Shown in pieces: positions 19,853 to 30,230 of a DNA stretch of 33,905 nucleotides. The stretch lies in assembly GCF_000281045.1 (NCBI RefSeq), contig NW_008246153.1:64064-97968 (forward strand), written 5' to 3'. The DNA comes from Saprolegnia diclina VS20 (lineage: Eukaryota). The notes under the pieces were generated by a model. It was given only the letters and a program-made list of their open reading frames with translations, was not told the origin of the DNA and did no database searches. How positions within the stretch are numbered: position 1 is the first letter of the stretch; the number at the start of each line of letters is the position of its first letter. The position numbers and the translations under genes were made by a program.

Positions 19853-22800
19853 TTAGTCTGAAAGCGACATGGCCGCCAGCGCTTCGTGGAGCTCGTGGGC
19901 GTTCTGGACCGTCGTCGGCGCTGCCTCGTCGCTCTCGAGCCGGCTGCACGTCGCAACGCTCTCGTTCGGGAGCAACTGGAGCTGCGTCGGGCGAGCATAG
20001 AGCGGCCCGAGCACCGGCGTGAGGTCCACGCAAGCCTCAAAGAGCGCCTTCTTGCCGACAATGTAGAGGCCGAGGGCCGCGCGGGAGACGGCGGCGATAA
20101 GGCGGCGAACATCGCGCAGCGCCCCGACCGACGTCGTGTGCACGAGCGAGAGCAGCACGTACGGGCTGTGCGCCCCGACGCTCTCGTCGATCGTGGCCAC
20201 GAGGGCGGGGCGCCCGAGCGTCGCCTCGTGGGGCTTGAACATGGTGAGCAGGAGGCTCTTCTGCGCCTCGGTGGCCGTGAGCACAGCAATCTCAGACGCG
20301 GGAACCCCGACGCGACGCAGGTACTGGAAGAGCTGGAGCATCCACATGGCCTCGACCCGGTTCTCGCCGTTCACGGCCGTCGCGCGCGGGGCGTCAATAA
20401 ACTGCGCGGGCAGCGCAAACCCTGGGTTCGCGCGCTGGAAGCGCGGGTTCGCCGCCATGCAACCCAAGTCGGTGAGGCCGGGGTATTGCGACGCGTAGAG
20501 ACGCGCGAGCGACGGACGCGTGCGGCCTTGGCGGTCGAGATGCACGACCGGCGCCCCGAGGCGCACGAGACGCTGCAGCAGACTCTGGTTCAAATGCGAA
20601 AACGCCGCCAGCGGGGCGTTCTGGAGCGCGGGCGGCAGCGCCTTGTCGTCGCCCAAGAGGATCACGCGGCGCAGTTTGGCCGCGTCCTTCTGGAGCACGA
20701 GGGGCGCGAGCGCGTCGACCTCGGGCACCTGCGCGGCCGCGTCGATGACCAAGGTCGCGTACTGAAAGCCCATCGCGAGAAGCCGCGCGCGGGCGTTGGC
20801 CGCGTCGGCCGCCGTCATCAGCACGACCCGCGCGTGCTTGACGAGCACGTAGTCGCCGCGCTGCTTGGGCGTGCGGAGGATCTCGAGGGCGCCGAGAGTC
20901 TCGAGCTGGCCAAAGAAGCCGTCGAGGTACGTTTGCATCGACGCGGCCGTAGTCGCATGGCAAAAGGCGCGAAGCGCCTCGTTGGCTTCGAGGTGCGCGA
21001 GCTGGGGCCGCACGTGGGATTCGTAAAAGTACTGGGCTTGCGCGCACGAGTGCGACGCGCCGAGGTGCGCGAGGTTGAGCGCCGACGCCAGCGTCTCGAC
21101 TTGCGCCAAGAGCGCCTCGCGGCGCAAGAGAAGGAACGTGACGCGCCCCGCCACCGACAAGTTGTGGTCGCCCACAGTCGTCGCACTCAGACTCGCCATG
21201 TGCCCCGGATCCACAACGTCGAGGGCAAGCAGCTTGGCGCAGAGGTCGGCGACAGCCGCGGGCGTCGGTGCCACGACCACAATACGCTGCGCGTTCAGGC
21301 TCCGGTACAGATTGGCAATGATCTGCGCCGCCACGTCCGTCTTGCCTGTCCCCGGCGCGCCCGTCACCAGCGTCAAGCCGTCGTGGACACCGCTGCAAAT
21401 CGCGTCGACCTGCGCTGGCGTGTACCGAAGCCCCTGTGCCGCCGGCATGTCGTCCGACTTGGTGGCGCACGTGAGCACGACGCCATTCTCAGTCGCCGTG
21501 AGGCGGAAGGGCGACGTCGCCGCTTCGGGGGCAACAGGCTTGCCGCTGCCTTCGTCAAGTAGCGAGACGGGGTCGGCAAACGATGCAAGTGCGTGGTGGC
21601 CGTCGACAAAGGTGTCGTACAAGTGGGTCGCCTCGTCGCTATTCGCACGCAACCTAAGGAGAACGGCATGGCATGAGCGCTGGCGTTGTTGATTGAGAGA
21701 CGTACTGGCGGTAGTGGGCGGCCGACGGGTCGCCATAACCGAGAAAGACGTCGTTGAGCCAGGACGGAAGCGCATGCTGCACCCGCTGCGTCTGGAGCAC
21801 GTCCTGCATGGTCGTGAGGACCGAGTGAAAGTGGTTCTTTGTTGCGACACGGCGCACGAGCACGTTGAGACGGGCGTAGATCTCTGTGCCACCCGCCGCG
21901 AGGTCGGCGGCATACTGTGCGCCATCGAGCGCCACGCGCAGTGTGCGGCGCGCGCCCTTGGCTTCGTAGCGCTTGCCGTTCTCAAGGAGTTCGCCGACCG
22001 TCTTGTTGACGGAATCGAGCACTTCGAGCACCTGGGCGCCGCGGACGACGTGGATCCCGAGGCGCTCGGCGGCGTTCAGAGGCCCAGTCTCGTCCATCGG
22101 CGCGTCCTCCAAAGCCTGGACGCCAGCGAGGAAGACGACGTCGTTCGGGTGAAGGCTGTCCCACGCAGCAATCACGTCGGGCGCTTGCCCGCCAAGGTCC
22201 AAGTTGATGTGCGCGACGACCTGCGCCGGGTGCGTCTCGCCGATCGCGGGCTTGCCGACGCGGACGACGCGGACCTGCTCGACGCCAAGGCCCATCGGGT
22301 GGCGACTGCGAAACATGGTCGTGTGGCCCGGCGTCAGCGTCGGTCCCATAGCGTCAATGACGCGTTCGAGGTCGAGAGCGATCGCGGACGCGGCCTCGAG
22401 CCGGTACAGCTCGTAGCAGCGCAGGAGGTAGTCGGTCACACTCAGAAACTGCAAGTTGAGCTTGCGCGTCGGGAGGATCCCGTCGAGAGACGCGAGGTCG
22501 GACGCCCAAAGGTCCGTTTCGGTCGGGTACACGGGCAGCGACTGCAGCGACGGCGGCGTGAACTGCGTGAAAAAGTCGACAAAGCACTCGACGAGGTCGA
22601 CGTCGTCGCCATCCGCCTCGTGCACGAGCCCCCGCGCCAGGCAAAACGGGCGCAGCACGTCGTGTGGGATCGATGCCAGCTGCTGCCGCACAATCGTGCG
22701 GTCGCCCAGCTGCGCCACGGGCAACAACGAGAGCGGGTGCAGCGCCGGCGACTGCTCAAACGCTGCGAGCTGGAGCGCATGCGCCCGCGCCGCAAGCTCG

Positions 22801-23809
22801 TTCTTGTGCTCGACCGTCGTCCACGCATGGCCTATCAGCACAAAATGGTTGATACATTGATAGAATCAGCAAACCAAGCGTACCGGTCTGGTCGTCGATG
22901 GGAAAATGCGCGTAAAAATGGAGCAGCTCGGCTTGCTTGGCGAGCAGCTCGTGCTGCGTCACCCAATGGCTTTGTCGGCACGCGAGGAGCAAGTGGCGGT
23001 GGAGGAGCAGCGTCCGGAGGAAGCGCCGCGTCGGGAGCTGGCTCAGAAGGTCCACAAAGAGGTTCAAGCTGTGCACAAGGTACTCGACGGCCGAGTCGTC
23101 GGTCGAGCGCAAGCATTCTTTGCAGTCGTCCATCAAGGACGCGTAGAAGTCCGCTTCCAAGTCTACGACCGTCGTCTTGCGCTTCTTCGCCGCCGGGCTG
23201 CTCGGCGCCGTAGCCTGGACGCGGTTTTGCCAATGGCGCTTGAGCTTCGGGTGGTCCGCAAACGCAAGCGAGCGCTGGACCTCCGAGAGGTGCGCCCAGA
23301 CAGGCAGCGACGTGTACTTGAGCATCGCCCGTGCCACATGGCTCGTCTCGAGCTGCCGGATGCCAAACATGAGGAAGCGGAGAATATACGTGTGTTCGCG
23401 AAGCGAGAGGTCGTCGGCTTCCATCTTTAAACGAAGCAGCGCGTCGACAAAGAGCCCGAACGTAGCGCCGTCTACGCTCGCCCAGTTCTGGCCTTCCTTC
23501 TCGTTGGACGTGATCGCGATCGACAAGAGCAGCGCCTTATCGGCCACCGTCTTCTGGCTAAAGTGCGGCCAGAGGTACCGCTCGAGGTACCCCGTCGTGT
23601 CGAGCGTGGCCCGCGCGCTCGCGGCGTCGGCCTGCGTGAGGTGCGTGGCGTAGATTCCGGCCACCATGGCGGCGTCGTACGTGGAGTCCTTGGCCTACAC
23701 AGCAAAGCATGAGGCAGGAAGAAGCAGGCGAGTAGGGTACCGTCGGCGCCCAGCGCGCTGCAAGCTCGTCCAAGGACGCGGTCGTGGCTGGCGTCGACTT
23801 GCGCACCAT
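19853..23809 (-). CDS. AQR: Intron-binding spliceosomal helicase Aquarius (IBP160/Cwf11), 4 exons
   Basis: YLERYLWP, DLLSQLPTRRF, KLNLQFL..DYLLR..LYRLE, DVFLGYGDP.AAHY, GAPGTGKTDVAAQII.NLY, QGRTRPSLA. Short introns near 23700-23740, 22830-22880 and 21655-21705. The start could alternatively be 23878. Confidence 0.93.
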
Positions 23810-24137
23810 GCTTCCCAACCTCTCTTGTCGCGGCTTGCGTTTGATTGGTGGAACCGTTCGGGTTGAGGTATCCGCCATGCTGTTAAGTGCGTTTTGGATA
23901 GACGATTGGAAGTACATCATGCCATACAAATACGTTGTCTAGTTGCATATTTGTACAAACCAAAAGTTTCTTAACGGTAGTCGAGCCGCACAGCTCGTAT
24001 CGGCATGTGCCGATAATAGTTATAGATTCGGCAGACGCCTGCGGCATGACTTCAGCTCGGCGCTGCGAGCTGGCGCTGCGTGGCGAGGGCCATGAGAAGC
24101 ACTCGTCCGAGAACGTCGCCCCATGACAGGCGGTCGT

Positions 24138-24352
24138 GTGGAAGAGCTGTGCTACCGCGTGCAGCAAGAGGCTCCCGCGTCATCTCGAAGACAGAGTTTA
24201 AGACCATCACGCGCAGAGCGCCCCGACCTCGTGATGGACGAGGATATCGACATCCTCCACTTGGCGGCCGAAGACATGCTGATCGGCCTTTTCAAGAACG
24301 CAAAGCTGGGTGTTCTGGAACAGACCGGTGAGCATGGTTTCGACCACCGACT
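24138..24352 (+). pseudogene. Possible degenerate histone H3-like (histone fold) fragment, truncated by the gap
   Basis: RPDL...LHLAAEDMLIGLFKNAKL aligns with H3 KTDL...LQEAAEAYLVGLFEDTNL. An adjacent frame gives VISKTEFKTITR, matching H3 LIRKLPFQRLVR. Two frameshifts are needed. Confidence 0.4.
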
Positions 24353-24827
24353 NNNNNNNNNNNNNNNNNNNNNNNNNNNNNNNNNNNNNNNNNNNNNNNN
24401 NNNNNNNNNNNNNNNNNNNNNNNNNNNNNNNNNNNNNNNNNNNNNNNNNNNNNNNNNNNNNNNNNNNNNNNNNNNNNNNNNNNNNNNNNNNNNNNNNNNN
24501 NNNNNNNNNNNNNNNNNNNNNNNNNNNNNNNNNNNNNNNNNNNNNNNNNNNNNNNNNNNNNNNNNNNNNNNNNNNNNNNNNNNNNNNNNNNNNNNNNNNN
24601 NNNNNNNNNNNNNNNNNNNNNNNNNNNNNNNNNNNNNNNNNNNNNNNNNNNNNNNNNNNNNNNNNNNNNNNNNNNNNNNNNNNNNNNNNNNNNNNNNNNN
24701 NNNNNNNNNNNNNNNNNNNNNNNNNNNNNNNNNNNNNNNNNNNNNNNNNNNNNNNNNNNNNNNNNNNNNNNNNNNNNNNNNNNNNNNNNNNNNNNNNNNN
24801 NNNNNNNNNNNNNNNNNNNNNNNNNNN
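24353..24827. other. Assembly gap (N run)
   Basis: Run of N. Confidence 1.
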
Positions 24828-25266
24828 AAACCGCAAACACTGAGCAGAAGTGACCACCGCTCAAACCAACGCGAGATGTATTAGCACCTGTCCAAGCCAC
24901 CAAAGTCGACATGTGGCCAACGCAGGAAGCCGCGACGGCGCGAGAGACGCCGCAATACGACATCGGCAAGAACCAGTCCAGGGCAAGGACGAGTCCACAG
25001 CAACAACCCCGTACACTTGACCGTCCTACCGAGCAACGTTGCTAGGCGAGCCGCCGAGTTACCCACGTCCTCTTCGCGCGCCTGCGTCGATCCCGAGCCA
25101 CCGCCAACCACTCCCACCCCGTCTCGACCGAGCATACAGTTGAAATAAAAGACGTGTGGTGTCGAGATATGAAAGACCGAGATTCACATCGTGATATCTC
25201 CAAAGATACAAAACACTGAAAGATAGAAAGCTCGATTCGCCCGATCCATTATCCTATGCCAGCCCA

Positions 25267-28200
25267 CTAGGCGACACGGCGGTAGCCTTGACGGCGCTCG
25301 TAGCAGTAGCGCACAATGATGAGCGCCGTCACGGCGACAGCGGCAGTGGCAACAACCCACTCAATCCACGAAGCACCGACCAACGCTGACGATGCACCGT
25401 CGCTGGCGACACTCGCTTCGTGACCTGGACGGACCGTCAGCGAAAACGGCGCGCCGATGGGAAGCGACAAGCCCGAGATGGTGAGGACGCCAGTCGTAGT
25501 GTTCCACGTGGCATCGGCGCCGTCGACGTGCCACGTCACAGCGTCCTTGGCGCCGTACACCTCGATGTTCTCAAGGTGGACTTTGGTTTCTGGCCCCGTG
25601 TAGCCATTCGCTACGAGCGTCGATGCAATAGAGAGGGCACCGCTCGCCTCTTGGATAGCCGCAAATGACAGACGCGTGAAGTCCGCCGTGCGAAGTGGGT
25701 CGATCGAGTCGCCGCTGTCCACGTACAAGTCGCCCGCAGCTTCTCCAGTCACCGAGAGCGCAATCTTCAAGTTGAACGGGTTCTTGCGGCTCGCGGTCGT
25801 CGTCGTCGACGGTGCCTGCAGTGGCACAATGGCGCCGCCACGGAGGTACATCGGGACAGTCTCCAGCGGTGCGTCGACGCTGACACGGCGGCCACCAGTC
25901 GTCTGCACACGCTCGCCGCTCCAGAGGTCAAACCAAAGCGCCTTTGGAAAGTAGACGTCGACGATCGTAGCACTCGGCGTCAGCACGGGCGCCACGAGGA
26001 TCGACGACCCGAGGAGATACTGCGACTCGATCGGTACCGTCGCCGCGTCATCGGGAAATTCAAAGTACAACGACCGGACGACCGTCGCGCCGTCGACGGC
26101 GGCATGGTACAGCGCCGTGTAGAGCGCCGGCAGCAGCGCATACCGTTTCAGAAGCGTCTGTTTGATGATATCAATGGCGTCGACGTCAAAGTCGACTGGC
26201 GCCTGGTCGCGCTCGGCTTCGTTGTGGTTGCGCATGAACGGGAAGAGGACCGCGGTTTGGTGCCAACGGATGCAGAGCTCGCGCGTCGTGTTGGCGCGGA
26301 AGCCGCAGACGTCTGGTCCGACCATCGGCATCCCAAAGACGTTGGCCGCCAAGACGCCAGCGATGCTCTGGCGCATGTCGGTCCACGTTGCCGCATTGTC
26401 GCCGAGCCAGTGCGCGGCGTACTGCCCGTCGCCCGCGTACGTTGCGCGCGTTAGAATGAGCGTCCGCTTGCCCCGGATGTGGTCGACGGCTTGCCGCGTC
26501 GCCATCACGTTGGCGTGCCCATAGAGCGAATGGAGGTTATAGTGGATCGAGTTGAAGTGGTGCGCGCCGAGGGCCGCGGTCTTGAACGCGAGGTTGCCGG
26601 TCATCGCGACCTTTTGCCCCGGCACGTACGGCTGCCGGTACGGGTCGAACGGGCCCATGACGTCCGGTGACTTGACAAACGCCGGTGCGACGTACGTGTC
26701 GTTCGGAAAGCACGACTGGCTGCCGCGCCCGCCCTCGGTGCAAAAGCTGCTCGGCTCGTTCATGTCGAGCCAGATACCATCGTATTGGGCCGTCGCATAG
26801 TAGGTGCGGAGCTGGGCTTCCCAGAACGCGGATGCATTCGGGTGGTAAAAGTCGGTAAACGCCACCATGCCCGGCCACGCCTTGTCCTGCTCCCAGCTGA
26901 CGTTGCCGGGATCGCGCAAGAAAACTCGGGACGCGACGCCGTCAGTGTACGCGGGCGACGCGATCGCAATGCCAGCGTCCACAATCGGCACGTAGTGCTG
27001 GCCGTGGGCGTGAAGGTCCTCAACGAACGCGACGACGTCTTCGATGGGAAAGGCGTCGTTGCTCCATGTGAAGTCCATCTTGCGGTCCATGGCGTCAATG
27101 TCGGTCCACTGCCCATCTTGCGGCACGCCAAAGGCGCGCATGCGCTGCAGCGTCGCCACCACGTCCGAGAGGCGGTGGTTCGGGTGCGGGTTCTTGAGGT
27201 TCTGCCACCGGCAGAGATGGTACCCGAGCGCCCAGTACGGCGGCAGCGCCGGGCGTCCGACGAGGCCCGTGTACTGCGCGACGGTGGCCGCCGGCGTCGG
27301 ACCGACAAACACAAAGAAATCGAGGACGCCGCCGACGGTTCGGAACGTGAGCGACTGCGGCTGCGCAACGACTTCGATCGCGTTGGCGTTCAAGAGAAAG
27401 ACACCGTGCGCGGCGCCAGTGGCTTCGCGCCGGACGTAGAAGGGGTGCACGCCGTAGACGTTGTCGCTGCCGTTGCGCGTGTGGGCGTGGTACTTGTTGG
27501 CTACTTGGTCGCGCGCCCAGATCGTAAAATGGTCGCCGTCCGTTGGCGCCAAGAACGTTCCGACGTGCTCACCGAGGCCAAAGAACGTCGCTTGCGTCGG
27601 TGTCGACGTCGAGAGCTCAAGAAACTGGTTCTCAAAGATGAGACCATTCCCACTCGGTGTCGGTGTCGAGTTGAAAAGCGTCTCGCCCGTAGCGCGTCGC
27701 ACGACCGCGATCCCGAACGGCGCCGACGTTACGCGAACGTCGTAGGCGCGGTGGCCAGTAGAGCTTATGGGGGTGCTCGAGATGTTGAGGGGCACTTCAA
27801 AGCGCGGAAACGTCGGGTCCGTGATGCGGACGCGGACGCGAGAGTCGTCTTGGGTGTCAACCTCCAGCGCAAGCGTACGAATGTCGTTGCCAAACGGCCC
27901 GCGCGCCTCTGCCGGCAGACGTAATGTGCCCGAGAAGCCCGTAGCCGTCTCGTGCCACGACGCCGTGTCGAGCTCGTAGCCCGTCGTGCGCGGCTGGAAG
28001 CACTCGGCCGACGTCGTGTCGTAGCAGCAGCCCATAAGAGCGCACTCGGTTGCCGAGTTTGGCGTCAAAAAGTAGCGCGGGTTGCGGCAAGCCATGCGCG
28101 ACGACGGAACCACAGCGCTGCACGCCGCCGGCGACGGCTTCGGGAGCCGGCCAAACGCACACGGGAACGTCTGCGCCGGATCCCAGCAGCAGCCTTGGGC

Positions 28201-28341
28201 GCGGCAAGCCTCCTCGGTCGCGTTGGGAAAGTGCTTCGTCGCTGGGTAGCAGTCGAGGCGTGCGGCCGGCGCGACTAAGCACGTGTCGTCCCGAGCCGAA
28301 ACCGACGCTCCAAGCAGAGCAAGTAGAAGCCCTCGGCGCAT
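25267..28341 (-). CDS. GH31 alpha-glucosidase (lysosomal/maltase-glucoamylase-like) with signal peptide, two trefoil domains and C-terminal TM helix
   Basis: Nucleophile motif DGIWLDMNEPSSF, acid/base HWLGDN, plus GPDVCGF, FMRNHN and YGVHPFY. Two Cys-rich C...GCC[WY]D trefoil modules. Hydrophobic N-terminus and C-terminal TM segment. Intronless, 1024 aa. Confidence 0.96.
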   Translation of the reverse strand: MRRGLLLALLGASVSARDDTCLVAPAARLDCYPATKHFPNATEEACRAQGCCWDPAQTFPCAFGRLPKPSPAACSAVVPSSRMACRNPRYFLTPNSATECALMGCCYDTTSAECFQPRTTGYELDTASWHETATGFSGTLRLPAEARGPFGNDIRTLALEVDTQDDSRVRVRITDPTFPRFEVPLNISSTPISSTGHRAYDVRVTSAPFGIAVVRRATGETLFNSTPTPSGNGLIFENQFLELSTSTPTQATFFGLGEHVGTFLAPTDGDHFTIWARDQVANKYHAHTRNGSDNVYGVHPFYVRREATGAAHGVFLLNANAIEVVAQPQSLTFRTVGGVLDFFVFVGPTPAATVAQYTGLVGRPALPPYWALGYHLCRWQNLKNPHPNHRLSDVVATLQRMRAFGVPQDGQWTDIDAMDRKMDFTWSNDAFPIEDVVAFVEDLHAHGQHYVPIVDAGIAIASPAYTDGVASRVFLRDPGNVSWEQDKAWPGMVAFTDFYHPNASAFWEAQLRTYYATAQYDGIWLDMNEPSSFCTEGGRGSQSCFPNDTYVAPAFVKSPDVMGPFDPYRQPYVPGQKVAMTGNLAFKTAALGAHHFNSIHYNLHSLYGHANVMATRQAVDHIRGKRTLILTRATYAGDGQYAAHWLGDNAATWTDMRQSIAGVLAANVFGMPMVGPDVCGFRANTTRELCIRWHQTAVLFPFMRNHNEAERDQAPVDFDVDAIDIIKQTLLKRYALLPALYTALYHAAVDGATVVRSLYFEFPDDAATVPIESQYLLGSSILVAPVLTPSATIVDVYFPKALWFDLWSGERVQTTGGRRVSVDAPLETVPMYLRGGAIVPLQAPSTTTTASRKNPFNLKIALSVTGEAAGDLYVDSGDSIDPLRTADFTRLSFAAIQEASGALSIASTLVANGYTGPETKVHLENIEVYGAKDAVTWHVDGADATWNTTTGVLTISGLSLPIGAPFSLTVRPGHEASVASDGASSALVGASWIEWVVATAAVAVTALIIVRYCYERRQGYRRVA

Positions 28342-29202
28342 ACTGTAGCGAAATGAAAAGTGCGTCCAAAGGCCTCGCTGTCGAAGGCTGAGGGGGCTGA
28401 CTGAAGACTAGTCGGTGGGGATGGAGACGGGGCGACTTGAAGTTGGAACGGCCGTACGTAGTCGGTATACTGGGCGTCAGTCAAACTACTCACATACTCG
28501 CGCCTGTGAGAATCCAGTGGCAAGTGCAACCAGATGTTGTGAATCCAGTGGCTCCCTTCAAGCGTGAGAGCCGCACATTGGCTACTTGATTTCTGTCGCC
28601 AACCCAAGACCGTGATCACGACTTGTGATTGGCTCTCGCATGTGAACCTGCGTGCCGGCATATACTCGTCATCGCTCTTGCCACCACTCGTTGGTCAGCA
28701 CTACCAAGATCAATACCGACACTTCAGGATGGATACGGCCAGTGTAAACTGAACGAACGTCGACCTCCAGTTGGCTCACGAGTGGCAGAACAAGGTTTGC
28801 TGCGCTTGCTTTAACACTACTAGCAAGGCCATAGTAAGTGTATGGCCTTGCTAATAGTATTCTACGAGCAACAGCGACGGCGTGCCCCGCAGCCACACCT
28901 TTGAGTAATATGGACAATACAAAACTACGTAATTAACGTCGCACCATAGCTAGTACCGTGTCGATGGCTACACAAATACGAATTTCTTGTCGGTGCACCA
29001 GAAAGAAGTGGTCTGCCTACGACGTCGTTCGTGGACACGTCGAGAGGCTGACGCCACAGAAAAGCCAAAGGAAACACCGCGTCTGGAGATCAAGACAGCA
29101 TCACCCCGCGGTGGAATTTGTGACACATGACATTCGCGCGGCTACGTATCCAAGCTGCACGACTTGCTTTGCAAATTTGCTATTTCCTTGTCATTGTAGG
29201 AG

Positions 29203-29659
29203 CGGTGCAAATGTTATCCGGGCATTATTATCCGGATGAAAGATGCTTGGCGTCGCTGCTCGGCAGCTTGTTGACGACGTTTGAAGTTTTTATGGAGTCG
29301 CGTGTTTCGTTCGATATGCATAGCGCATGACGCGGGGAGCCCAAAAAACAAAGAACGGGGCTCGTAGCGTGCCTTCAGCCTGTGTGTTTTCGCCCGTTCA
29401 AGTTGGCAAAACTGATACTGCATTTAGTATCAATGTATCAGTGTATCAGTCAACCGCCACGCAACACTTGCGACTAACTCGGGCTGTAGGCACGCTACGA
29501 GCCCCGTTCTTTGTTTTTTGTGCTCCCCGTGTCATGCGCTATGCATATCGAACGAAACACGCGACTCCATAAAAACTTCAAACGTCGTCAACAAGCTGCC
29601 GAGCAGCGACGCCAAGCATCTTTCATCCGGATAATAATGTCCGGATATCATATGCCCCG
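29203..29659. mobile_element. Non-autonomous fold-back / MITE-like element with 178-bp inverted arms
   Basis: 29203-29380 is the reverse complement of 29482-29659 with few mismatches, around a 101-bp spacer. It is AT-richer than the genes, has no credible coding capacity, and no clear TSD was found. Confidence 0.75.
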
Positions 29660-30230
29660 GTAGTGTTGTTCTTGTGGTCGTTTCAACGGAACAACTATGA
29701 ACCTGTGAAGTATTGTACAGTAAGTAGCAAGTCGAGTTATGCGCGGACTCCCAACCGTACGGACGGTTTTCGACCACGTTGCGAGATCGATACCATTCTA
29801 GAATTGGGATTCCTTTCTAAGCACCGTTTTGACGATCTAGCTCTGGTTCTGAACCGTTCGGAGGCGCGTGGAGGACAATCGGTGATAATGCATGCAAGTT
29901 TTGGTAGGTTTCCGCGCTTAGTGACACTCAACAGTACTTCTTCACAGTTGACAGCTAGATCTTATACAATCGACAGGTCGGGGTGCAAAGCCTTGTGTTT
30001 TCGTCGTCGTCTGTCGACAATGTCCTTTGGGCGATGAGGGCACCCGGGAGTGTTCTGCTCGTCAGCAGTTGTAGAATGCCCCTCGATTTCATGTTGCCTC
30101 ATTTTGCGCTGCTTGGTGGACGCCAAGACAGCTCTAGCATTCAAGATATCGAGTGTCTCCATGATAACCCCATTCCACATGAACGCTGTGCGATTGATGA
30201 TTTGATTGATGATTTGATATATAAAATGCG

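Noticed and set aside
24828..25260. Possible continuation of a gene after the gap
   Set aside because: No convincing frame or motif could be supported.
28380..29200. Lower-GC stretch with short ORFs, possibly a transposon relic
   Set aside because: No transposase, RT or integrase motifs or terminal repeats were recognised. It is probably the GH31 upstream region.
29127..29777. Twin ORFs encoding the same peptide (SGHYYPDERCLASLLGS...) on opposite strands
   Set aside because: A by-product of the inverted repeat arms, not evidence of genes.
29962..30230. C-terminal part of the 892-aa ORF-track entry
   Set aside because: An artefact of reading through the N gap. The HA-repeat frame after the gap ends at 30231.
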